Below are positions 8,196 to 15,476 of a DNA stretch of 36,814 nucleotides, in pieces (positions within the stretch are counted from its first letter, which is position 1; every line of letters begins with the position of its first letter). This DNA comes from Myxococcota bacterium (lineage in GTDB: Bacteria > Myxococcota_A > UBA9160 > UBA4427). The position numbers and the translations under genes were made by a program. The notes beneath the pieces are model-generated. The model saw only the letters and a list, made by a program, of their open reading frames with translations, was not told the DNA's origin and searched no databases. The DNA lies in assembly GCA_036336835.1 (NCBI GenBank), contig JAYZFK010000051.1, forward strand, positions 1 to 36,814. The letters are read 5' to 3'.

Positions 8196-9428
8196 TCAGT
8201 GCTGTCGACGCAACGGAATGTCGTGCTTCTGGATCAAGCGATAGACGGCGCCCCGACTCTTGCCGAGCGTCTCGGCGGTGCGGGTGACGTTGCCGCCCGA
8301 CTCGCGGATTGCGCGGATCAGCGACTCGCGCTCGAGCACACTGTGGTGCTCTCGGATGCTGTCGAGGCTCTCCGCGAGCTCGGCTAGCACGTCCTGGACG
8401 GTCTCGCGCCGCACCAGGCGGCCACGGGTGAAGGCGATCGACCGCTCGAGCAGCTGCTCGAGCTGGCGCGCGTTGCCGGGCCAGCGCTGCTGGGCCAGGA
8501 AGTCGCGCGCGGCGGGCGAGAGTTTGACCCGACGTCCGACTCGTTCGCAGCCGCGCTCGACGAGAGAATCGGCGATGGCCGAAATGTCCTCGGGGATCGA
8601 ACGCAGCGGGGGAAGCTCGATCGCGTAGCGCAGCATCTGGTCGAGCAGCAGCTGGTCGATCTGCGCGGTGCTCGTGAGCGAGACGGTCGGCCTGGCGCTC
8701 GAAGCGAGAATACGGGGCGATCCCTGGAAGGCCCGCTTCTCACAATCCTCCAGATAGCGAGTCCAGAAGGACTGGGCGTGCTTGGGGAACGCTTCGATTC
8801 CGTCGAGGTAGATGGCCGAGCAGTCCGGAATGCTCATGCTGGCGGCGGCGTGCTCGGCGGGGATGCGGACGAGGGTGCCGTGGCCGCTCGCGCCGAGCTC
8901 GTGCAGTGCCGTGATGGCGAGGTCGCGCCCGGAGCCGAGCTCGCCACACACCAGGACGGGGTGGCGCAGCGGTGCAAGGCCCCCGATGCGTTCGCGCAGA
9001 CGTTGAATCGCGGCACTGCCGCCGACGATCCGATCGGCCAGATCGTCGCCTTGGCGCGGGACCGAGCGGCTTGCGATGGCGCGGCGGACGGTCTGGACCA
9101 GGTCGTCGATCTCGACCTCGTCGGAGGCGACGAAGTCGTCGGCGCCGCCCTTGAAGGCCCTGGCCGCCGTCTGGATCGAGCCTCGGGCGGTGAACAGGAT
9201 CACTGGCACGTCCGACTGAGACCGGATGCGACCGAGCAGGTCGAGTCCGTCGCTATGCGGCATGACCATGTCCGTGACGACCACATCGGGGCGGTGCAGC
9301 CGGAACTGCTCCCATGCATTCAGGCCGTCCTCGGCTTCGACTACCTCGAAGCCGGCGTCGGAGAGCTCGGTTGCGAGAGCGCGGCGGGCGCGCTCCAGGT
9401 CGTCGACGACGAGCACCTTCCCGATCAT
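8196..9428 (-). CDS. NtrC-like response regulator (receiver, degenerate sigma54-type AAA+, Fis HTH)
   Basis: VLVVDD...VVTDMVMP receiver, IVGGSAAI, GELGSGRD, ELPPLR, WPGNARQL, and GGNVTRTAETLGKSRGAVYR HTH. Confidence 0.88.
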   Translation of the reverse strand: MIGKVLVVDDLERARRALATELSDAGFEVVEAEDGLNAWEQFRLHRPDVVVTDMVMPHSDGLDLLGRIRSQSDVPVILFTARGSIQTAARAFKGGADDFVASDEVEIDDLVQTVRRAIASRSVPRQGDDLADRIVGGSAAIQRLRERIGGLAPLRHPVLVCGELGSGRDLAITALHELGASGHGTLVRIPAEHAAASMSIPDCSAIYLDGIEAFPKHAQSFWTRYLEDCEKRAFQGSPRILASSARPTVSLTSTAQIDQLLLDQMLRYAIELPPLRSIPEDISAIADSLVERGCERVGRRVKLSPAARDFLAQQRWPGNARQLEQLLERSIAFTRGRLVRRETVQDVLAELAESLDSIREHHSVLERESLIRAIRESGGNVTRTAETLGKSRGAVYRLIQKHDIPLRRQH

Positions 9429-9458
9429 GTGGCGCCTCTATTCCTGGGGCCACTTAAC

Positions 9459-9467
9459 ATTGTATCA
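9459..9467 (-). promoter_or_regulatory. Putative extended -10 promoter (TGnTACAAT) for the regulator-kinase-LolA-like operon
   Basis: The minus strand reads TGATACAAT 30 nt upstream of ATG 9428, in an AT-richer patch, with SD AGAGG before the ATG. Confidence 0.5.
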
Positions 9468-9859
9468 GGACGTCGATCCGGCGAACATTCAAGAGTTATC
9501 CGGCGGGACCGTAGAATCGTGTCCGTGTTCGTCGCACTTCTGTGCGGTCATCGCCGACCACTGAGCTCCGGGTCGCATACCGCAGCGGCGGCAAGGTGCT
9601 GGGGCCCGTGGGGTTGCGGAGAGCCCGGCGCGCCCCGTATTTGCCGCGTGGGCGGCGAGCCACGGAGTGGTTGCACGGGCGCGCGTGCGTAGTTTCACTC
9701 TCGAAGAACCTCCGGCGTGTATTGCAGCGGCTCGCAGGGCTCCGTGGGGGTTCGGTTGTGTCCGAGAGTGTCCGGCCCGGATCGCTCGTGCTCGCTCGTG
9801 AGAGCGCACTTCCTGCGGGGACCGCGCGAGCGCTCGGCGACCGGCTCGCAGGGCCACGG

Positions 9860-9895
9860 CCGTCTGAACCGTCTGAACCGTTTAAACCGTCTGAA
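9860..9895. repeat. Tandem repeat, 4 x 9 bp (CCGTCTGAA, third copy CCGTTTAAA)
   Basis: Read directly: ccgtctgaa ccgtctgaa ccgtttaaa ccgtctgaa. Confidence 0.9.
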
Positions 9896-9927
9896 CTATC
9901 GTTCCGCAAACGAGCGGGGGGCATTGC

Positions 9928-12072
9928 GTGGCCGGGGAGTCGAGCACGGCCGCAAGGCGAGGCGGGGTAGCCGCGCTCCTGACCGGATGCGCCGTACTCG
10001 CCTGTGCTGGCTCGCTGTCGGGGTGGTGGAGTGGCCTGACGGGTCGGGCTCCCGATACGGACTGGCCGCACTATCTGGGCGATCTCGCACGCAGCCACGC
10101 TTCGGGGCTGCGGCAGATCACGCCGCGCAACGTCGACCGGCTCGAGGTGGCCTGGCGCTTCGATACCGGTGCCAAGGCGGGCAGCTTCAGCGAGATGCAG
10201 TGCAGCCCCATCGTGGTGGCTGGGGTGCTGTACGCGACCAACCACTCTTCGGTGGTGTTTGCGCTCGACGCGGCGAGCGGTGCGGAGCGCTGGCGCTTCG
10301 ATCCGCAGGCGCACGGCAGTGCGGCGCAGACGCGCAACCGCGGGGTTGCCTACTGGCGCGCGGCGGACGGCACGGGCGCGCGCATCTTTGCGGCCTCCGG
10401 GCAGGATCTGTGGGCGCTCGACGCGCAGACGGGTGCGCCGGTCGAAGACTTCGGCGATGGCGGGCGGCTCGATCTCGCCCGCGGGCTCGCGCACACCGGC
10501 AGCAGCCCGAATGTCTCGCTGACGACACCGGGCGCCGTGTACGGCGACCTGCTGATTCTCGGCACGCGCGTGAGCGAGCAGGCGGGCGCGGCCCCCGGCG
10601 ATGTGCGCGCCTTCGACGTGCGAAGCGGTGCGCTGCGCTGGAGCTTCCACACCGTGCCCTACGCGGGCGAGCTCGGCGCCGAGACCTGGCCGGCGGGCGC
10701 GGCGCGCCAGCGCGGCGGGGCCAACGCGTGGGCGGGTGTGACCGTGGACGTCGAGCGCGGGCTGGTGTTTGCGCCCACCGGCTCCGCCTCGCCGGACTTC
10801 TTTGGCGGCGATCGGCCGGGCGACAACCTGTTTGCCAACTCGCTGATCGCGCTCGATGCCGAGACCGGCGAGCGGCGCTGGCACTTCCAGATCGTGCACC
10901 ACGATCTGTGGGACCGCGATCTGCCGTCGCCGCCCAGCCTGGTGACGCTCGAGCGGGATGGGCGGCAGGTCGCCGCGGTGGCGCAGACGACCAAGAGCGG
11001 TCATGTCTTCCTGTTCGAGCGCGAGACGGGCGAGCCCGTCTTTCCGATCGAGGAGCGGCGCGTGCCGCGCGGTGCGGTGGCGGGCGAGGTGGTTGCCGAG
11101 ACGCAGCCCTTCCCGACGTTGCCGCCGCCCTTTACGCGCCAGCGCTTCACGCTGGCGATGCTCGACGATCGCCCGTCCGCGCAGGCGTGGGCCGAGCGGC
11201 TGACCGGCATGCGCATGGGCAGGCCGTTCATTCCGCCGACGCTCGGCGGCACCATTCTTTATCCCGGCTACGACGGCGGGGCGGAGTGGGGCGGCTCGGC
11301 CTGGGATGCCAAGGCGGGGCTCCTGTTCGTCAACGCGAGCGAGGTGGCCTCGCTGCTCGAGCTGTCCGAGGCGGGCGGGGAGGTGGATGCGCGCTCGTTC
11401 TACCGGGCAAACTGCGCCGCCTGCCACGGGGCCGAGCTCGAGGGCACGGCGCGCGGCGTGTCGCTGCGCGGCGTGGTCGAGCGAAGGACGCCGATCGAGC
11501 TGTACACGACGATCATCGGCGGCGTCGGGTCGATGCCCGGCTTCCCCACGCTGCCGATGCCGGTGATGGGGGCGCTGATCGCCTTTCTCAGCCACCCCGA
11601 CGATCCGGCCGCTGCCCGCGCCGTGGCCGCCGCGGCGGTTGGCAACGAGCGCTATGTGCACGGCGGCTACATCGATCTGAAGGACGACGACGGCATTCCG
11701 ATCCAGCATCCGCCGTGGGGGACGCTCACGGCGATCGATCTGTCGGCCGGCGCCCTGCGCTGGCAGGTGCCGCTCGGCTCCTTTCCCGAGCTCGCCAGGC
11801 GCGGGCTGACGGACACCGGCACGCCCAACTACGGCGGGCCGATCGTGACGGCCAGCGGCCTGCTGTTCATCGCCGCCACGGCAGACGAGACGATCCGCGC
11901 CTTCGACTCGCGCAGCGGCGAGCTGCTCTGGCGCGCGCCGCTCCCGGCCTCGGGCTTCGCCACCCCGATCAGCTACGCCGTCGGCGGCAAGCAGTACGTG
12001 GTCGTCGCCGCCGGCGGCGGAAAGCTGGGCCGCAAGCCCGGCTCGCAGTTCGTGGCCTTCGCGCTGCCCTGA
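9928..12072 (+). CDS. PQQ-dependent (glucose/quinate-type) dehydrogenase with an inserted c-type cytochrome domain
   Basis: LRQITPRNVDRLEVAW, repeated A-x-D-x-x-x-G-x-x-x-W propeller motifs, FQIVHHDLWDRD, GGAEWGG, CAACH (11413-11427), PPWGTLTAID, GTPNYGGP, and terminal VAFALP. Confidence 0.92.
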   Translation: MAGESSTAARRGGVAALLTGCAVLACAGSLSGWWSGLTGRAPDTDWPHYLGDLARSHASGLRQITPRNVDRLEVAWRFDTGAKAGSFSEMQCSPIVVAGVLYATNHSSVVFALDAASGAERWRFDPQAHGSAAQTRNRGVAYWRAADGTGARIFAASGQDLWALDAQTGAPVEDFGDGGRLDLARGLAHTGSSPNVSLTTPGAVYGDLLILGTRVSEQAGAAPGDVRAFDVRSGALRWSFHTVPYAGELGAETWPAGAARQRGGANAWAGVTVDVERGLVFAPTGSASPDFFGGDRPGDNLFANSLIALDAETGERRWHFQIVHHDLWDRDLPSPPSLVTLERDGRQVAAVAQTTKSGHVFLFERETGEPVFPIEERRVPRGAVAGEVVAETQPFPTLPPPFTRQRFTLAMLDDRPSAQAWAERLTGMRMGRPFIPPTLGGTILYPGYDGGAEWGGSAWDAKAGLLFVNASEVASLLELSEAGGEVDARSFYRANCAACHGAELEGTARGVSLRGVVERRTPIELYTTIIGGVGSMPGFPTLPMPVMGALIAFLSHPDDPAAARAVAAAAVGNERYVHGGYIDLKDDDGIPIQHPPWGTLTAIDLSAGALRWQVPLGSFPELARRGLTDTGTPNYGGPIVTASGLLFIAATADETIRAFDSRSGELLWRAPLPASGFATPISYAVGGKQYVVVAAGGGKLGRKPGSQFVAFALP

Positions 12073-12096
12073 TCCCGCGCCACCGCGCGGCTCGCG

Positions 12097-12168
12097 CCGA
12101 TCGAACCGATTGAACTGATCGAACTGATTGAACCGATCGAACTGATTGAACCGGTCGAACCGATTGAA
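12097..12168. repeat. Tandem repeat, 8 x 9 bp (consensus CYGATYGAA)
   Basis: ccgatcgaa ccgattgaa ctgatcgaa ctgattgaa ccgatcgaa ctgattgaa ccggtcgaa ccgattgaa. Confidence 0.95.
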
Positions 12169-12192
12169 CTGGGAAGCGGTATCTTCCGGCCC

Positions 12193-13026
12193 ATGGCGGG
12201 GGACGCGAGTCGGCGCGAGCGCTGGCGCGAGATCATCTTCGAGGCCGACACGCCGGCGGGGCGCGTCTTCGACATCGCGCTGCTGTGGGCCATCGCGATC
12301 AGCGTCGGGGTCGTGATGCTCGAGACGGTGGCCAGCATCCGGGCGAGCTACGGCCGGCTGCTGCTCGCCGTGGAGTGGATGTTCACGCTGCTGTTCACGC
12401 TCGAGTACGGGCTGCGGCTCTACACCTCGCCGCGGCCCTCGCGCTATGCGCGGAGCTTCTTCGGCATGGTCGACCTGTTGGCCGTGCTTCCCACCTACGT
12501 GAGCTTCTTCTTCCCGGGCTCGCAATCGCTGCTGACCATCCGGGCGTTGCGGCTGCTGCGCGCCTTCCGGGTGCTGAAGCTGGCCCACTATCTGGGCGAG
12601 GCGAACATCCTGGCGACCGCCCTGCAGGCGAGCCGGCGCAAGGTCGCGGTGTTCCTCGGCACGGTGCTGGTAATCGTCGTGATCGTCGGCTCGGCGATGT
12701 ACCTGATCGAGGGCGTCGAGCACGGCTTCACCAGCATTCCGCGCAGCGTCTACTGGGCGATCGTCACGCTCACGACGGTCGGCTATGGCGACATCACCCC
12801 CAGCACGGGCGGCGGCCAGCTGCTGGCCTCGTTCGTGATGGTCCTCGGCTACGCGATCATTGCCGTGCCGACGGGCATCGTGACGGCCGAGATCATCGAG
12901 GCCCAGAGGGGGCGGCCGATCACCACGCGCACCTGCATGGCTTGTCTCAGCGAAGGCCACCTGCACGATGCCCGCTTCTGTCGCGACTGCGGCGAGTCGC
13001 TCGACCCCGATCCGGACGTCGCGTAG
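12193..13026 (+). CDS. 6-TM voltage-gated-type potassium channel with C-terminal Cys-rich (zinc-ribbon-like) tail
   Basis: S4 IRALRLLRAFRVLKL, selectivity filter TTVGYGD, and C-terminal CMAC...CRDC. Confidence 0.93.
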   Translation: MAGDASRRERWREIIFEADTPAGRVFDIALLWAIAISVGVVMLETVASIRASYGRLLLAVEWMFTLLFTLEYGLRLYTSPRPSRYARSFFGMVDLLAVLPTYVSFFFPGSQSLLTIRALRLLRAFRVLKLAHYLGEANILATALQASRRKVAVFLGTVLVIVVIVGSAMYLIEGVEHGFTSIPRSVYWAIVTLTTVGYGDITPSTGGGQLLASFVMVLGYAIIAVPTGIVTAEIIEAQRGRPITTRTCMACLSEGHLHDARFCRDCGESLDPDPDVA

Positions 13027-13038
13027 GCCGGTCTCCGC

Positions 13039-13839
13039 TCAGCCCACCCGCGCCACCAGTAGCGACGTCATCGCTCGCGCGATGCGTCCGCGCTCGTCGA
13101 ACACCAGCGCCTCGGATTGTCCAGTGCCGTCGGTGGCGATCTCGGTCCGGCCGCGCAGCGCGATCCAGTCGGACTCCGGGTAGCGGTAGATGTGCAGGCT
13201 GACGTCCGGGTTGATCGACTGGTAGCGCGAGAAGTCGAGCGCGTTGGCGATGCCGCTGGCGAAGTCGCAGGCCCCGGCGAGCCGCATCAGCGGCGAGTTC
13301 GCTTCGCCGGCGACGATGGGCACGCGGAACCGGACCCAGGCGGTGCGCGAGCCCGCGCCCCCCGGCTCGTCGGCGCCGCGCACGAACTCGAGTGCGCGGA
13401 GGTAGCCCGGGACGCCATCGCCCGTGATCACTGCGCCGCGGCTCTCGCCGGGGGCCGGGGGGAGCGGCTCGTCGGCGGGCCGAGGGGTGCCCGTGTCGAG
13501 CCCCGGCTCGAGCCGGATCCGCTGTCCGGTCGCGCGGGCGACCTCGGTCTCGCCGTCGAACAGCGTTGCCTCCACCAGCTGCACGCGCTTGCCCTCGCGC
13601 GCGATCCGCGCGCGCACGCGCAGCGGCTGCAGCGGGATCGTGCGCATCAGGTCGAAGCTGATGCGCGCAAAGCGCATCGCGACCAGCGTCGGCTCGCGCT
13701 CGAGCGTGCGCGCGAGCAGCGCGCAGACGGCGCCGCCGTGCTGACCGTTGGGGTCCCACGGGCCCTGGGAGAGCAGGGACGGGACGATCCGGTCGCCCTC
13801 GATCTGGTAGACGGCCTCCGGCTCGCCTGCTGCAGCCAC
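13039..13839 (-). CDS. Double-hotdog thioesterase-family protein
   Basis: GPWDPNGQHGGAV, REGKRVQLV, SINPDVSLHIYR. GTG at 13839 with GGGAG SD is preferred over 13890. Confidence 0.85.
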   Translation of the reverse strand: MAAAGEPEAVYQIEGDRIVPSLLSQGPWDPNGQHGGAVCALLARTLEREPTLVAMRFARISFDLMRTIPLQPLRVRARIAREGKRVQLVEATLFDGETEVARATGQRIRLEPGLDTGTPRPADEPLPPAPGESRGAVITGDGVPGYLRALEFVRGADEPGGAGSRTAWVRFRVPIVAGEANSPLMRLAGACDFASGIANALDFSRYQSINPDVSLHIYRYPESDWIALRGRTEIATDGTGQSEALVFDERGRIARAMTSLLVARVG

Positions 13840-13852
13840 CCGGCGAGTCTCC

Positions 13853-14650
13853 CTACTCGCGCTTGAAGACGGGGTCGCGCTTCTCGGCAAAGGCCTTCAC
13901 GGCCTCGCGATGGTCGTCCCGGAAGGTCGAGAGCGTCTCGGTCGCCATCCCCAGATCCATCATCGGGTGGGCGATCTGGCGCAGCGGCGTGTTCAGCAGT
14001 TGTTTGGTCCAGCGAATGGCGCGCGCCGCGCCCTGGTTGAGCTTGTTGGCAATTTCGCCGACCTTTGCGTCGAGCTCGTCCTTCGGGACCGCGTGGTTGA
14101 TCAGGCCGATCTCCGCAGCGCGCTTGGCCGGGATCAGCTCGCCGAGCAGCAGTGCCTCCTTGGCGCGCGGAAAGCCGATCGCCTGGGGCCAGAGCAGCGC
14201 GCCGCCATCGCCGGCCACCAGCCCCGCACTGACGTGCGGGTCGCCGATCAGGGCCGTGTCGACGGCGACGATGATGTCGCAGGCCAGGGCGAGCGTGGCA
14301 CCGAGCCCAACGGCGTGGCCGTTTACCCGGGCGACGATCGGCTTGTCGCATTCGAGCATGCGGTAGATGATGCGCTTGGCCTCGGACACCGTGACCCACC
14401 AGGTCTCGGGGTTGTCGATGGTGAACTGCATGGCCTTGACGTCGCCGCCGGCACTGAAGGCGCGCCCCTCGCCGGTGAGGATGACGACGTTGACATCGTC
14501 GTCGTCGTGGACGTCCTCCCAGATTTGCGTGAGCGCCTTGTGCATGGCGCCCGTGTTGCAGTTCATCGGCGGGTTGTCGAGCGCCACCGTCAGGATGTGG
14601 TCGTCGTACGACACGCGCAGGTTCTCGCCGAAGCGGCTGTAGTCCAGCAT
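13853..14650 (-). CDS. Crotonase (enoyl-CoA hydratase/isomerase) superfamily protein
   Basis: LTGEGRAFSAGGD, KPIVARVNGHAVGLG, AFAEKRDPVF. SD AAGGAGG. Confidence 0.92.
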   Translation of the reverse strand: MLDYSRFGENLRVSYDDHILTVALDNPPMNCNTGAMHKALTQIWEDVHDDDDVNVVILTGEGRAFSAGGDVKAMQFTIDNPETWWVTVSEAKRIIYRMLECDKPIVARVNGHAVGLGATLALACDIIVAVDTALIGDPHVSAGLVAGDGGALLWPQAIGFPRAKEALLLGELIPAKRAAEIGLINHAVPKDELDAKVGEIANKLNQGAARAIRWTKQLLNTPLRQIAHPMMDLGMATETLSTFRDDHREAVKAFAEKRDPVFKRE

Positions 14651-14773
14651 CCCGCCTCCTTCTCATTGTGGGGCGCGCAGTCTACCCGAGCCGGGCAGTG
14701 GTGAAGGCGCCGATTCGGGGGATCGGCCGCGGCCGCGCGTGATACGATGCGCGCCGCCCAGCCTGGAGCAGCC

Positions 14774-15469
14774 GTGTCCGAAGACGAACCGATCAGTACG
14801 CGCCTTGCGCGCTACCGCGAGCAGCTCGACGCCGAGTCCGGCAACGCCGAGGCCAAGCGCGCGTTCGCGGCGGCCTTGCGCGAGATCATCGAAGAGCTCG
14901 ATGCGACCGGCGCGCCGCCCGAGCAGCTGATGGCCGAGACCGGGCGGCTGCTCGAGCTGGCCGCAGAGCTGCGCCGGCACGCGGTGGCGCGGCCGGAGCG
15001 GGCGTCGGAGGGGTTCACCGGCATGGAGACCTTCCACGACCGCAGCCCGATCGTCGGGCTGGCCAATCCGCTGGCTCCGCCCGCCGTGCTCGAACACCAC
15101 CCCGAGCAGCACTGCGTCCGCGGCAAGGTCGAGTTCGGCAAGGCCTTCGAGGGAGGCCCCGGGCTGGTGCACGGTGGCTTCCTGGCGGCGCTGCTCGACG
15201 AGGTGCTCGGTGTCGTGACGATCTACTCGGGCAATCCCGGCATGACCGGTGAGTACACGGTGCGCTTCGTCCGGCCGACGCGCATCAAGGTGCCGCTGCG
15301 CTTCGAGGCGCGCTTCGATCGCCGCGAGGGCCGCAAGATCTACGTGTCGGCCGAGATCTGGGACGGCGACACGCGGACGGTGGAGGCGACGGGCACCTTC
15401 ATCTCGGTCGAGGCGGCGCACTTCGAGTCGCTTCACGCCGATCGAAGCGAACGCATCGGCGAGCGCTGA
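14774..15469 (+). CDS. PaaI-family thioesterase
   Basis: SPIVGLANPLAPP and FEGGPGLVHGGFLAALLDEVLG. GGAG SD before GTG 14774; TGATACGAT extended -10-like element at 14740-14748. Confidence 0.88.
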   Translation: MSEDEPISTRLARYREQLDAESGNAEAKRAFAAALREIIEELDATGAPPEQLMAETGRLLELAAELRRHAVARPERASEGFTGMETFHDRSPIVGLANPLAPPAVLEHHPEQHCVRGKVEFGKAFEGGPGLVHGGFLAALLDEVLGVVTIYSGNPGMTGEYTVRFVRPTRIKVPLRFEARFDRREGRKIYVSAEIWDGDTRTVEATGTFISVEAAHFESLHADRSERIGER

Positions 15470-15476
15470 GCGGCGC

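Noticed and set aside
9859..9868. GCCGTCTGAA, identical to the Neisseria DNA uptake sequence
   Set aside because: I noticed only one full copy, inside a tandem array, in a GC-rich genome unlike Neisseria. A real DUS system would give many dispersed copies.
12097..12168. 9-bp arrays as CRISPR repeats or LexA boxes
   Set aside because: There are no unique spacers or cas genes. The GAAC spacing (N5, direct) fits neither GAAC-N4-GTTC nor GAAC-N7-GAAC LexA boxes.
9496..12966. 1156-aa minus-strand ORF containing FNRFDR/FNQFDR repeats
   Set aside because: It is antisense to the PQQ dehydrogenase and K+ channel, and the peptide repeat is just the 9-bp DNA array read backwards.
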